DNA of 32,829 nucleotides from a virus. The notes under the pieces are model-generated. The model made no database searches. It was not told the DNA's origin and saw nothing but the letters and a program-made list of their open reading frames with translations. This document shows positions 1 to 6,769 of the stretch, in pieces (position 1 is the first letter of the stretch; each line of letters starts with the position of its first letter). The translations under genes were made by a program, and so were the position numbers. The stretch lies in the IMG/VR virus record IMGVR_UViG_3300045988_113022. One strand, 5' to 3'.

Positions 1-55
1 TTCATAGACTATATAATCCAGGCTGTAAATTTGACGATATGGCGGTTTTTATTGG
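1..55. repeat. Terminal direct repeat identical to 32775..32829, interpreted as the assembly overlap of a circular or circularly permuted genome
   Basis: nt 1-55 (TTCATAGACTATATAATCCAGGCTGTAAATTTGACGATATGGCGGTTTTTATTGG) recur exactly as the last 55 nt. An ORF reads through the join in frame. Confidence 0.9.
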
Positions 56-821
56 CACAAGGCAAGGAGAAGGCAAGTCAACGCTGATAAGGTGGTTAGC
101 TTTAGATGATAAGTATTTTACTGAGGTTTCCGAGTTTGACGGTCAGCGTGGCATAGAAGCCCTTGAGGGTGCGTGGATTTGCGAGGTAGGCGAAATGTTA
201 GCTATGGTAAAAGCACAGCAGCAGGAAGCCGTTAAAGCGTATCTGACACGCATTAACGATAAGTATCGCAAGCCATTTGACAAGCGTGTGACAGAACACC
301 CTCGGCAGTGTATCTTCATCGGAACGACAAACAAGGCGCAGTTTCTCACCGATAAGACAGGGAACCGCAGATTTTACCCCGTTGTCGTTCACCAGTCGGG
401 CTATGAGTTGTTCGAGCACGAAGAAGAAATCAAAGCTGACATAAAGCAGTGCTGGGCTGAAGCATTGCACTTGTTCAAAGAAAACAAGCTCCTGCCGTAT
501 GCCGACCGCAAGCTGATTGATGTTATCCGCAAGGAGCAGGCAAACGCCGTTGAAGATGATTACCGTATCGGTATGATTACCGAGTACTTAAACGGCAAGT
601 CAGAAGTATGCGTTTTGCAGATATGGCAACACGCCTTGAATATGGGCGAATTTTCCAAACCGACTAAAAAAGACAGTCAGGAAATCGGCTTGATAATGCA
701 AAACCTTGAAAACTGGAAGAAACAGCCATATCCGAAAACTTTCGCAGGCTTCGGCTCGCAGCGATGGTGGCGAAAAGAAGGCTGTGCGGACATAGACAGC
801 TTTGACGATATAGACCTTTAA
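1..821 (+). CDS. VirE-family P-loop replication protein (primase/helicase-associated), C-terminal part. Continues from 32126..32829 across the circular junction.
   Basis: Walker A GTRQGEGKST. Blocks such as YNPGCKFDDMAVFIG, CIFIGTTN and GNRRFYPV are typical of the virulence-associated protein E domain. Codon phase at nt 3 matches the open frame at the window end. The track ORF 39..821 is the same frame. Confidence 0.8.
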   Translation, partial: HRLYNPGCKFDDMAVFIGTRQGEGKSTLIRWLALDDKYFTEVSEFDGQRGIEALEGAWICEVGEMLAMVKAQQQEAVKAYLTRINDKYRKPFDKRVTEHPRQCIFIGTTNKAQFLTDKTGNRRFYPVVVHQSGYELFEHEEEIKADIKQCWAEALHLFKENKLLPYADRKLIDVIRKEQANAVEDDYRIGMITEYLNGKSEVCVLQIWQHALNMGEFSKPTKKDSQEIGLIMQNLENWKKQPYPKTFAGFGSQRWWRKEGCADIDSFDDIDL

Positions 822-1118
822 CGGCAAAAATCACTACAAAGTACCCCGAAAATCTACTTTGTAGTGGACTTTGTAGAGGACTTTGTAGAGGTCGTAAAAC
901 CGCACTACAAAGCCGTTTTCCCTTAGTTAAACTACAAACTCTACAATAAATTGAGTATTTATATAAAATAGGGATAAAAAAATAAAAATGTATTTTTATA
1001 TTTTATGCAAACTTTGTAGAGTTTGTAGAGGTTTTCTGAAAAACCGCATAACAAAGCCAAAAACAAGCACTACAACGCAAAATCTACATTGTAGTTTGTA
1101 GAGAAAGGAGCTGAAACA
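822..1118. repeat. Iteron / inverted-repeat / AT-rich noncoding element, copy 1 (candidate origin or regulatory hub)
   Basis: Many copies of CTTTGTAGAG and its complement CTACAAAG. Tandem GGACTTTGTAGAG x2 at 866-890. Perfect 15-nt inverted repeat CTACAAACTCTACAA (932-946) / TTGTAGAGTTTGTAG (1014-1028) around a 67-nt AT-rich spacer. Palindromes CTACTTTGTAG (854-864) and CTACATTGTAG (1084-1094). Confidence 0.8.
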
Positions 1119-1322
1119 ATGGAACGTAAAGAATTTTTGCTGATATGTCAGAAAAACGCTATAAGCGGAGATGAACTTGTAACGTATGATGGGATTAAAT
1201 ACCGCCCGATAAGCTATGCGATACGGTTTGACAAGCTCGGCAAGGCAAAGCATACGGCGGTTTTGCATTCGGTTAAAGCCGATAGCATTTTGAACGTCAG
1301 CCTTGAAGATGTCGAGCTGTAA
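1119..1322 (+). CDS. Hypothetical protein (67 aa)
   Basis: ORF with AAAGGAG RBS 8 nt upstream. No recognisable motif. Confidence 0.5.
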   Translation: MERKEFLLICQKNAISGDELVTYDGIKYRPISYAIRFDKLGKAKHTAVLHSVKADSILNVSLEDVEL

Positions 1323-1325
1323 ATC

Positions 1326-1354
1326 TTGACATTTTCAAGGCAAAATGGTATAAT
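1326..1354 (+). promoter_or_regulatory. SigA/sigma-70-type promoter (TTGACA-17-TATAAT, TG-extended -10)
   Basis: TTGACA 1326-1331, 17-nt spacer ending in TGG, TATAAT 1349-1354. Confidence 0.6.
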
Positions 1355-1401
1355 GGAAGTATGAAAAAAGACAAGAAGCGAGTGTCGAATAGGAGGAAAC
1401 G

Positions 1402-2028
1402 TTGAAAATCACTGAAATAAGCGTAAAGGAGCTAAAGCCTTACGCAAAAAACACGAAGAAGCACGACAAGGCGCAGATTGCAAACGTTGCAGAGAGTATC
1501 AAGCAGTATGGCTTTGTTCAGCCAATAGTCGTTGATAAGGACAACAACATTGTTATCGGACATTGCAGATATGAAGCGGCTAAAAAGCTGAAGATTGAAA
1601 CCGTTCCCTGCGTTTGCGTTGATGAGCTGACGGACGAACAAGTAAAGGCTCTGCGGATTGTTGATAACAAGAGCAATGAAAGCCCGTGGAATGTTGAAGC
1701 CCTGTTAGACGAGTTGGAAGATATTGATTTAAGCTGTTTTGATTTTGGCTTTGATGAAACCGAAAACGTTAAAGAAGAAGAAAGCAAAAACAAGCAGAAC
1801 AAAGAGTTAGAAAAAATGGAGCTGAAACAGTTTGAACACCACGATTACGTTGTTTTTGTTTTTGATAACACGCAAGATTGGCTTAATGTTGTAAACAAGT
1901 TCGGATTGAAAAGAATAGACGCAGGTTGGGAAAAGAGAAAAGTCGGACTTGGGAGGGTTGTAAAAGGTGAAAGACTTATTGAAGCGCTTGGATGTGAAAA
2001 TTTTGATACTGAGCCGTTCGAGGTTTAA
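1402..2028 (+). CDS. ParB/Srx N-terminal (ParB-like nuclease) domain protein
   Basis: TTG start 5 nt after AGGAGG. LKPYAKNTKKH...FVQPIVVD...IVIGHCRYEAAKKLKIETVPCV...ALRIVDNK matches the ParB-like domain usually fused to phage N6/N4 DNA methyltransferases. The C-terminal half is unassigned. Confidence 0.75.
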   Translation: MKITEISVKELKPYAKNTKKHDKAQIANVAESIKQYGFVQPIVVDKDNNIVIGHCRYEAAKKLKIETVPCVCVDELTDEQVKALRIVDNKSNESPWNVEALLDELEDIDLSCFDFGFDETENVKEEESKNKQNKELEKMELKQFEHHDYVVFVFDNTQDWLNVVNKFGLKRIDAGWEKRKVGLGRVVKGERLIEALGCENFDTEPFEV

Positions 2029-2716
2029 CAGTATTACTACAAACAAGCTGTTGCCAAATTTCGTTGAAATTCTTGTACCCGAAACGCAAAAAAGTGATTA
2101 TGAAAAAGCAGTCGAAAATCCAATTATTGCTATTCCTGATGAAATTAAAGGTTTGGGAGAAGTTCGAAATTGGGTTTTAGACCATTTCAAAGAACGTATC
2201 GTTATTATGATTGACGATGATATAAAATACGTTTATCGCTTGACAGGAGCTAAAAGTGAGCGTGTTGAAGATAAGGACGAAGTTCTTGACATCATTGTCA
2301 ACACAGCAGTAATGGCAGATGATGCAGGAGCTAAAGTTTTTGGATTTAATCAGAGTGATATTAGAAAGTTCAACGGTGCAGAGCCTTTTTCGCTGTGTGG
2401 TTGGCTCGGTTGTGTTATCGGCGTTATAGGTCGTGAACACAAATTTAGAAGTGACAAGTACAAAGTTGATATAGACTTTTGTATGAAATGCTTGCTGACC
2501 GACAGGATAATTTGGGAAGATAACCGTTACTTTTTTTCTCAAAGCCGAGATGATAATGTCGGAGGGAACAGCGAGTTCCGAACAGCTAAAGACTTCGAAA
2601 AGAGTTTAAACAGTTTGCAAAAAAAATGGGGTAAATACCTGATAGTCGGAATGCACAAAAATCAAATTCGTATAAGAACAAATGTTCAGAGAAAGCAGAG
2701 GTTAAAGTATGAGTGA
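1967..2716 (+). CDS. Putative GT-A-fold glycosyltransferase (DxD type), soluble
   Basis: GTG start 9-10 nt after GGGAGGG. The 62-nt overlap with the upstream gene leaves the start uncertain, and GTG 1994 is an alternative. N-terminal beta-strand KILILSRSR, then IVIMIDDDI about 85-95 aa in, as in GT-A enzymes. No TM segment. Family assignment is from pattern only. Confidence 0.5.
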   Translation: MKDLLKRLDVKILILSRSRFNSITTNKLLPNFVEILVPETQKSDYEKAVENPIIAIPDEIKGLGEVRNWVLDHFKERIVIMIDDDIKYVYRLTGAKSERVEDKDEVLDIIVNTAVMADDAGAKVFGFNQSDIRKFNGAEPFSLCGWLGCVIGVIGREHKFRSDKYKVDIDFCMKCLLTDRIIWEDNRYFFSQSRDDNVGGNSEFRTAKDFEKSLNSLQKKWGKYLIVGMHKNQIRIRTNVQRKQRLKYE

Positions 2717-3452
2717 TGTTTTAATAATCGGTTGTGGAGTTGTCGGAAACAATCTGTTAAAAGAACTTTCGGTATTAACTCCCGATGTTGTTGACAAATA
2801 CAAAAAGGAAAAAACAACAAAGAAAAAGGAAAAATACAAGTTCGGATTTGTTTGCGTAGACACGCCTTATGACAAGGAAAAAGAATTGTTTGACACAAGC
2901 GAAGTTGTTAATGCAATAAGAGAAAACGATTGCGAAATTTATGTTATAAAATCTACAGTTCCGATAGGCTTTGTTAATTCGCTCGGAAAAGAAAACATTG
3001 TTTTTTCGCCCGAGTATTACGGCGGTACACAGCATTGCAATAATTTTAAATTTGATTTTACAATTTTAGGCGGTTGTGAAAAGACTTGCAACAAGGTTAT
3101 ACAGCTTTTGCAAAAAGTGTATGACGCAAGACACAGATTTTTAAAAATGAAATCGTCGGAAGCCGAAATGGTTAAGCTGATGGAAAATTGTTTCCTTGCT
3201 ACAAAAGTTTCGTTCTGCAATTCTTTTTTTGAAATGTGCAAAGTATATAATTGTTCTTATGAAAGCGTTAGAGAGGGCTTTATCCTCGATGAGCGTTGCG
3301 GAGCTTCCCACTCGTTTGTTTATGAAGATAAACCGTACTGGGACAGTCACTGCTTGAACAAGGACACAGTTTGTGCCGCTATGCAAGGAAATGATTTCGT
3401 TAAAAATATTATCAAGTATAACGAAAGAGCAAAAAGTAGTAAAAAAATATAA
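2709..3452 (+). CDS. UDP-glucose/GDP-mannose dehydrogenase-family protein lacking the C-terminal nucleotide-sugar-binding domain
   Basis: Rossmann IIGCGVVGN, VCVDTP, IKSTVPIG, SPEY, central-domain block AEMVKLMENCFLATKVSFCNSFFEMC, and catalytic-Cys block WDSHCLNKD about 32 aa before the stop. Only 247 aa, where I recall roughly 390-440 aa for typical family members. Confidence 0.7.
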   Translation: MSDVLIIGCGVVGNNLLKELSVLTPDVVDKYKKEKTTKKKEKYKFGFVCVDTPYDKEKELFDTSEVVNAIRENDCEIYVIKSTVPIGFVNSLGKENIVFSPEYYGGTQHCNNFKFDFTILGGCEKTCNKVIQLLQKVYDARHRFLKMKSSEAEMVKLMENCFLATKVSFCNSFFEMCKVYNCSYESVREGFILDERCGASHSFVYEDKPYWDSHCLNKDTVCAAMQGNDFVKNIIKYNERAKSSKKI

Positions 3453-3460
3453 AAAACGTA

Positions 3461-3489
3461 TTGATTTTAAACCTTGTCTGTGATATAAT
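3461..3489 (+). promoter_or_regulatory. SigA-type promoter (TTGATT-17-TATAAT, TG-extended)
   Basis: TTGATT 3461-3466, 17-nt spacer ending in TGTGA, TATAAT 3484-3489. Confidence 0.6.
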
Positions 3490-3525
3490 TATTATAGAGC
3501 AGAAGCTCAGAAAGGAAGTAATTGT

Positions 3526-4071
3526 ATGAAATTATTTACACAGAGAGGTTATGATTTTTACGAGGTTGCAAGTGCTTTGCAGAAGTCGATAAGACGTGGA
3601 GATGTTAAACTTGCAGGGTATATGGCGTTAGAACTGTTCCCAAAGTATTCTGAATATTGTTGGAAAAGGCTGTTAACAATATCGGCAGAGGACTGTTACG
3701 GCGTGATAACAAAAGAGATAATGGCGTTGTATGACGCTTTTCACGTTATCAACAAAGGGAAAAAAGGTGAGGAACTGAAAGGCAGGGTTTTTATTTCAAA
3801 GGCTGTGATTCTTCTGTGTTCTGTTAAGCATAATCGTGACGCTGATTTACTCAGCAATTACGTTTATGATGCGTATTGCGGAGTATCTGATGAAATGATT
3901 GAAAAATTGTTTGACGAAGTAAGAAAAGAGCCTATTGACGTTCCCGAATATGTTTTTGACTGTCACACTTTGAAAGGGAAAAGAGCAGGGAAAACGAAAG
4001 AAGATTTTTTTAAGGAAGAAGAAGCGGCGTTAAAAAATAAACAAGCTTCTATTTTTGAATTTAAAGTATAG
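3526..4071 (+). CDS. Stand-alone MgsA/RarA C-terminal (MgsA_C-like) domain protein
   Basis: YDFYEVASALQKSIRRGDVKLAGYMALEL...LLTISAEDCYG...ISKAVILLCSVKHNRDA parallels the RarA block YDLISALHKSVRGS..DAALYW...LAIASEDVG...AIVYLACAPKSNA. There is no AAA+ ATPase module. Confidence 0.65.
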   Translation: MKLFTQRGYDFYEVASALQKSIRRGDVKLAGYMALELFPKYSEYCWKRLLTISAEDCYGVITKEIMALYDAFHVINKGKKGEELKGRVFISKAVILLCSVKHNRDADLLSNYVYDAYCGVSDEMIEKLFDEVRKEPIDVPEYVFDCHTLKGKRAGKTKEDFFKEEEAALKNKQASIFEFKV

Positions 4072-4075
4072 AGGT

Positions 4076-4216
4076 GATTAAACAATGCCAAACGTACAGA
4101 ATTTAAAGCCAGGCGCATACAAGCTGTCAAAGGAAGAAATGGCGAAAGGTGGAAGAAACTCGGCAGTGAAATGCTTGCCGCTATGTTGATGAAAAAAGCA
4201 ATGAATGGCGATGTCA
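4076..4216 (+). pseudogene. Degenerate duplicate of the terS 5' end (RBS + first ~26 codons, 91-nt internal deletion, frameshifted)
   Basis: 4076-4161 aligns with 5461-5546 and 4162-4216 with 5638-5693, with a few substitutions. The deletion joint lies at the 11-nt direct repeat GGAAGAAACTC that occurs twice in the intact gene. The reading frame breaks after about 30 codons. Confidence 0.8.
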
Positions 4217-4412
4217 GCGCTCCCGAAAGGCTTAGTGAAATCGTTCGGGCTTACCGAGATGTATCCGAAATGCCCCTCGCTTTTTAACAAAAGAGGTCAC
4301 GACCTGTTTTATGGTTTGCTTTATGAGTACGGCGTGAGAAAAGTAACAGAATATCGCTCTGATACCAGTTTTGAAAAAACTTATGGATTTTTCGTTTTTT
4401 AGCTTAAAATTG

Positions 4413-4441
4413 TTGACTTTTGTGTTAAATTGTGATATAAT
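4413..4441 (+). promoter_or_regulatory. SigA-type promoter (TTGACT-17-TATAAT, TG-extended)
   Basis: TTGACT 4413-4418, 17-nt spacer ending in TGTGA, TATAAT 4436-4441. Confidence 0.6.
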
Positions 4442-4494
4442 AATAATGTAGCAAAAAGCTACGAAAATCACATTGATTAAAGGAGAAAAAAGTT

Positions 4495-5277
4495 ATGCCG
4501 ATGATTTATGAACCCGCAGGAAAAGCTAGAGAGTACAGCCCTCTCGCACTCAACGTTTATTTAGGTTGTAGTCACAAATGCGAGTATTGTTACGCAAATG
4601 CGATGGCAAGAAGGAACGGAAACAGTTGTTATTTTGGAAACCCAAGCCCGAGAACAAAGGTTCTTGAAACACTTCCGAAAGAACTCAAAAAATGCAAAAG
4701 AGAGCAGGTGCTTCTTTCGTTTATCGGAGATGCTTATTGCGAAACAACAGACGATAATGCACTTACACGTTCTGTTCTTGAAATGCTTCTCGAAGCTAAA
4801 ATGCCTGTTGCAATCCTTACAAAAGGTGGAAAGCGTTGTCTTAAAGACCTTGACCTTTTTAAACGTTTCGGCGAGCATATTCAGATAGGCGCAACACTTA
4901 CGTTTGACAATGACGCTGATTCCCTCAAGTGGGAAAGTGGTGCGGTTCTTCCGTCAGAAAGACTTGAAACGCTTAAGATTTTACACGATAACGGAATTAG
5001 GACATTTGTAAGTTTTGAGCCTGTTATCGTTCCCGAACAGAGTTTACATCTTATGGAACAGAGCCTTGATTTTGTAGATGTTTATAAAGTCGGAAAGCTT
5101 AACAATTACAAAGGTCTTGACAAAGCTATAAACTGGACTGATTTTCTTGAGAAAACAGTAAAGCTTTTAAGAGAAAACAAAAAATCATTTTATATCAAAC
5201 ACGATTTAAGACTTGCCGCTCCGACCGTTAGACTTTACGGAAACGAAGTCCTTGCGGACGAACACAATGTCCAGTAA
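4495..5277 (+). CDS. Radical SAM protein (SplB/COG1533 'DNA repair photolyase'-like)
   Basis: LNVYLGCSHKCEYCYA contains the CxxxCxxC cluster in the context typical of SplB-like radical SAM enzymes. RBS AAAGGAG. It has its own promoter and terminator. Confidence 0.8.
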   Translation: MPMIYEPAGKAREYSPLALNVYLGCSHKCEYCYANAMARRNGNSCYFGNPSPRTKVLETLPKELKKCKREQVLLSFIGDAYCETTDDNALTRSVLEMLLEAKMPVAILTKGGKRCLKDLDLFKRFGEHIQIGATLTFDNDADSLKWESGAVLPSERLETLKILHDNGIRTFVSFEPVIVPEQSLHLMEQSLDFVDVYKVGKLNNYKGLDKAINWTDFLEKTVKLLRENKKSFYIKHDLRLAAPTVRLYGNEVLADEHNVQ

Positions 5278-5288
5278 ATTGTTTTATA

Positions 5289-5321
5289 GCGGTGGGCTTA
5301 TAGCCTGCCGCTTTTTATTTT
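5289..5321 (+). terminator. Rho-independent terminator
   Basis: 9-bp stem GCGGTGGGC/GCCTGCCGC (two G-U pairs), 5-nt loop, then TTTTTATTTT. Confidence 0.6.
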
Positions 5322-5337
5322 AGGAGGAAGCATTATA

Positions 5338-5466
5338 ATGACGATTGACGAAGCAAAGGAAATCATCAGAAAAACGAAAAGCCCGTATCTAAAAAGGGAT
5401 ATGGAAAAATTTATTAAACGCACTCAGAAAAAGCTAAAAGAAAAAGCTTTGCAGAAAGGAGATTAA
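5338..5466 (+). CDS. Small hypothetical protein (42 aa, basic)
   Basis: ATG 7 nt after TAGGAGGAAG. It is not in the ORF track because it is under 60 aa. No homology recognised. Confidence 0.35.
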   Translation: MTIDEAKEIIRKTKSPYLKRDMEKFIKRTQKKLKEKALQKGD

Positions 5467-5469
5467 ACA

Positions 5470-5814
5470 ATGCCAAACGCACAGAATTTAAAGCCGGGAG
5501 CATACAAGCTGTCAAAGGAAGAAATGGCGAAAGGTGGAAGAAACTCACATAAAAAGATGAGGGAGCGCAAGCTCCTTCGTGAATGCCTTTCCGAACTTTT
5601 GCAAATGGAATATGACACGAAACAGGGGAAGAAACTCGGCAGTGAAATGCTTGCCGCTATGCTGATGAAAAAAGCTATGAACGGCGATGTCAAGGCTTTT
5701 GAAGTCCTGCGTGACACAGCAGGAGAAAAGCCAGTTGATAAGGTTATGGTTGCAGATGTCGAAAAGACTATCATTGACGAAGTGGAGAAAATGGTAAAAG
5801 ATGAAACCGATTGA
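5470..5814 (+). CDS. terS: Putative terminase small subunit
   Basis: 114 aa, lying upstream of terL across the interposed methyltransferase gene. The basic N-terminus (NLKPGAYKLSKEEMAKGGRNSHKK) resembles small terminases of Firmicutes phages. The call rests on position and pattern only. Confidence 0.55.
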   Translation: MPNAQNLKPGAYKLSKEEMAKGGRNSHKKMRERKLLRECLSELLQMEYDTKQGKKLGSEMLAAMLMKKAMNGDVKAFEVLRDTAGEKPVDKVMVADVEKTIIDEVEKMVKDETD

Positions 5815-6769
5815 ATTATGGCACGGTGATTGCCTTGAATTGATGAAAGACATTCCTGACGGCTCTGTTGATTTGGTGCTGGCTGACCCGCCGTATGGAA
5901 CAACAGCTTGCAAATGGGATAGCGTTATTCCTTTTGAACCGATGTGGGAACAGTTGAAACGCATTGTAAAAAGAGGAGGTACAATTGTTCTCTTTGGTAG
6001 CGAGCCATTTTCAAGTCTTTTGAGGATAAGCAACATTGATTGGTATAAATACGATTGGGTTTGGGAAAAAGAGCAAAGCTCAAGCGGATTACAATCCAAA
6101 ATTGCACCAATGAAAAAGCACGAAAATATAAGTGTGTTTTTCCAAGCACCAACTGATGATACAACAAACGCATATCAATCCTTGAAAGAGTATTTTCAAT
6201 CCGAAAAAGAAAAAAGCGGATTAAATTCAAAGCAAATCAAAGAGCTGCTTGGAAACTATATGTCAAGTCATTATTTTACAAATGGATCGCAGTTTTGCAT
6301 ACCGTCTGAAGAAAACTATAAAAAATTGCAAAGCACGGGATTTTTTCAAGTGCCGTTTGAAGAAATAAGAAAGCAATATAAAGAAGATTGCCAAAACACA
6401 TACAATCCACAAATGACAGAGGGAAAGGCATACAAGGGGCATTTCGCGCCCGGAGCAGAGGTACACGGAAAGGCAACCCATTATGTGAAAGATAATAGCG
6501 GAACAAGATACCCTACAAGTATTTTGAAATTCAACAGAGCAAAAGGACTGCACCTGACACAAAAACCCGTTGCCTTGCTTGAATACCTTATCCGTACATA
6601 TACTAACAGCTGTGAAACCGTTCTTGACTTTACGATGGGTAGCGGAAGCACTGGCGTTGCTTGCGTAAACACTAACCACCGCTTTATCGGCATTGAACTT
6701 GATGAGGGATATTTCAACACCGCAAAAAAAAGAATTGAGGAAGCCTATGACGAGAGAACAAGCGGTTAA
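5801..6769 (+). CDS. DNA methyltransferase, beta-class N6-adenine/N4-cytosine family (DPPY)
   Basis: Motif IV VLADPPYG near the N-terminus and motif I FTMGSGSTGVAC near the C-terminus, with LTQKPVALLEYLI between them. Overlaps terS by 14 nt and terL by 23 nt. Confidence 0.85.
   Translation: MKPIELWHGDCLELMKDIPDGSVDLVLADPPYGTTACKWDSVIPFEPMWEQLKRIVKRGGTIVLFGSEPFSSLLRISNIDWYKYDWVWEKEQSSSGLQSKIAPMKKHENISVFFQAPTDDTTNAYQSLKEYFQSEKEKSGLNSKQIKELLGNYMSSHYFTNGSQFCIPSEENYKKLQSTGFFQVPFEEIRKQYKEDCQNTYNPQMTEGKAYKGHFAPGAEVHGKATHYVKDNSGTRYPTSILKFNRAKGLHLTQKPVALLEYLIRTYTNSCETVLDFTMGSGSTGVACVNTNHRFIGIELDEGYFNTAKKRIEEAYDERTSG

Noticed and set aside
822-1118. Possible CRISPR array, considered because of the many short repeats
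   Set aside because: The repeats are only 8-13 nt, occur in both orientations, and have no regular spacer-sized intervals. There are no cas genes. This is iteron/operator-type architecture.
1361-1405. 14-codon ORF in the leader of the ParB-like gene
   Set aside because: It is too short, has no RBS, and overlaps the RBS and start of the real gene.
1402-2028. Classical ParABS partition system
   Set aside because: No ParA/Walker-type partition ATPase is present, and the ParB-like protein resembles the methyltransferase-associated N-terminal domain rather than a full centromere-binding ParB. I keep this only as a low-probability alternative for the iteron elements.
4205-4402. 65-aa + strand ORF after the terS fragment
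   Set aside because: It starts inside the degenerate, frameshifted terS duplicate, has no RBS, and runs into the promoter of the radical SAM gene. It is most likely recombination debris.
4495-5277. Radical SAM protein as QueE (7-deazaguanine pathway) or NrdG
   Set aside because: The cluster context GCSHKCEYCYA does not match what I recall of the QueE (CNLxCxxCDT) or NrdG patterns. No FolE, QueC, QueD, DpdA or NrdD partner genes are present.
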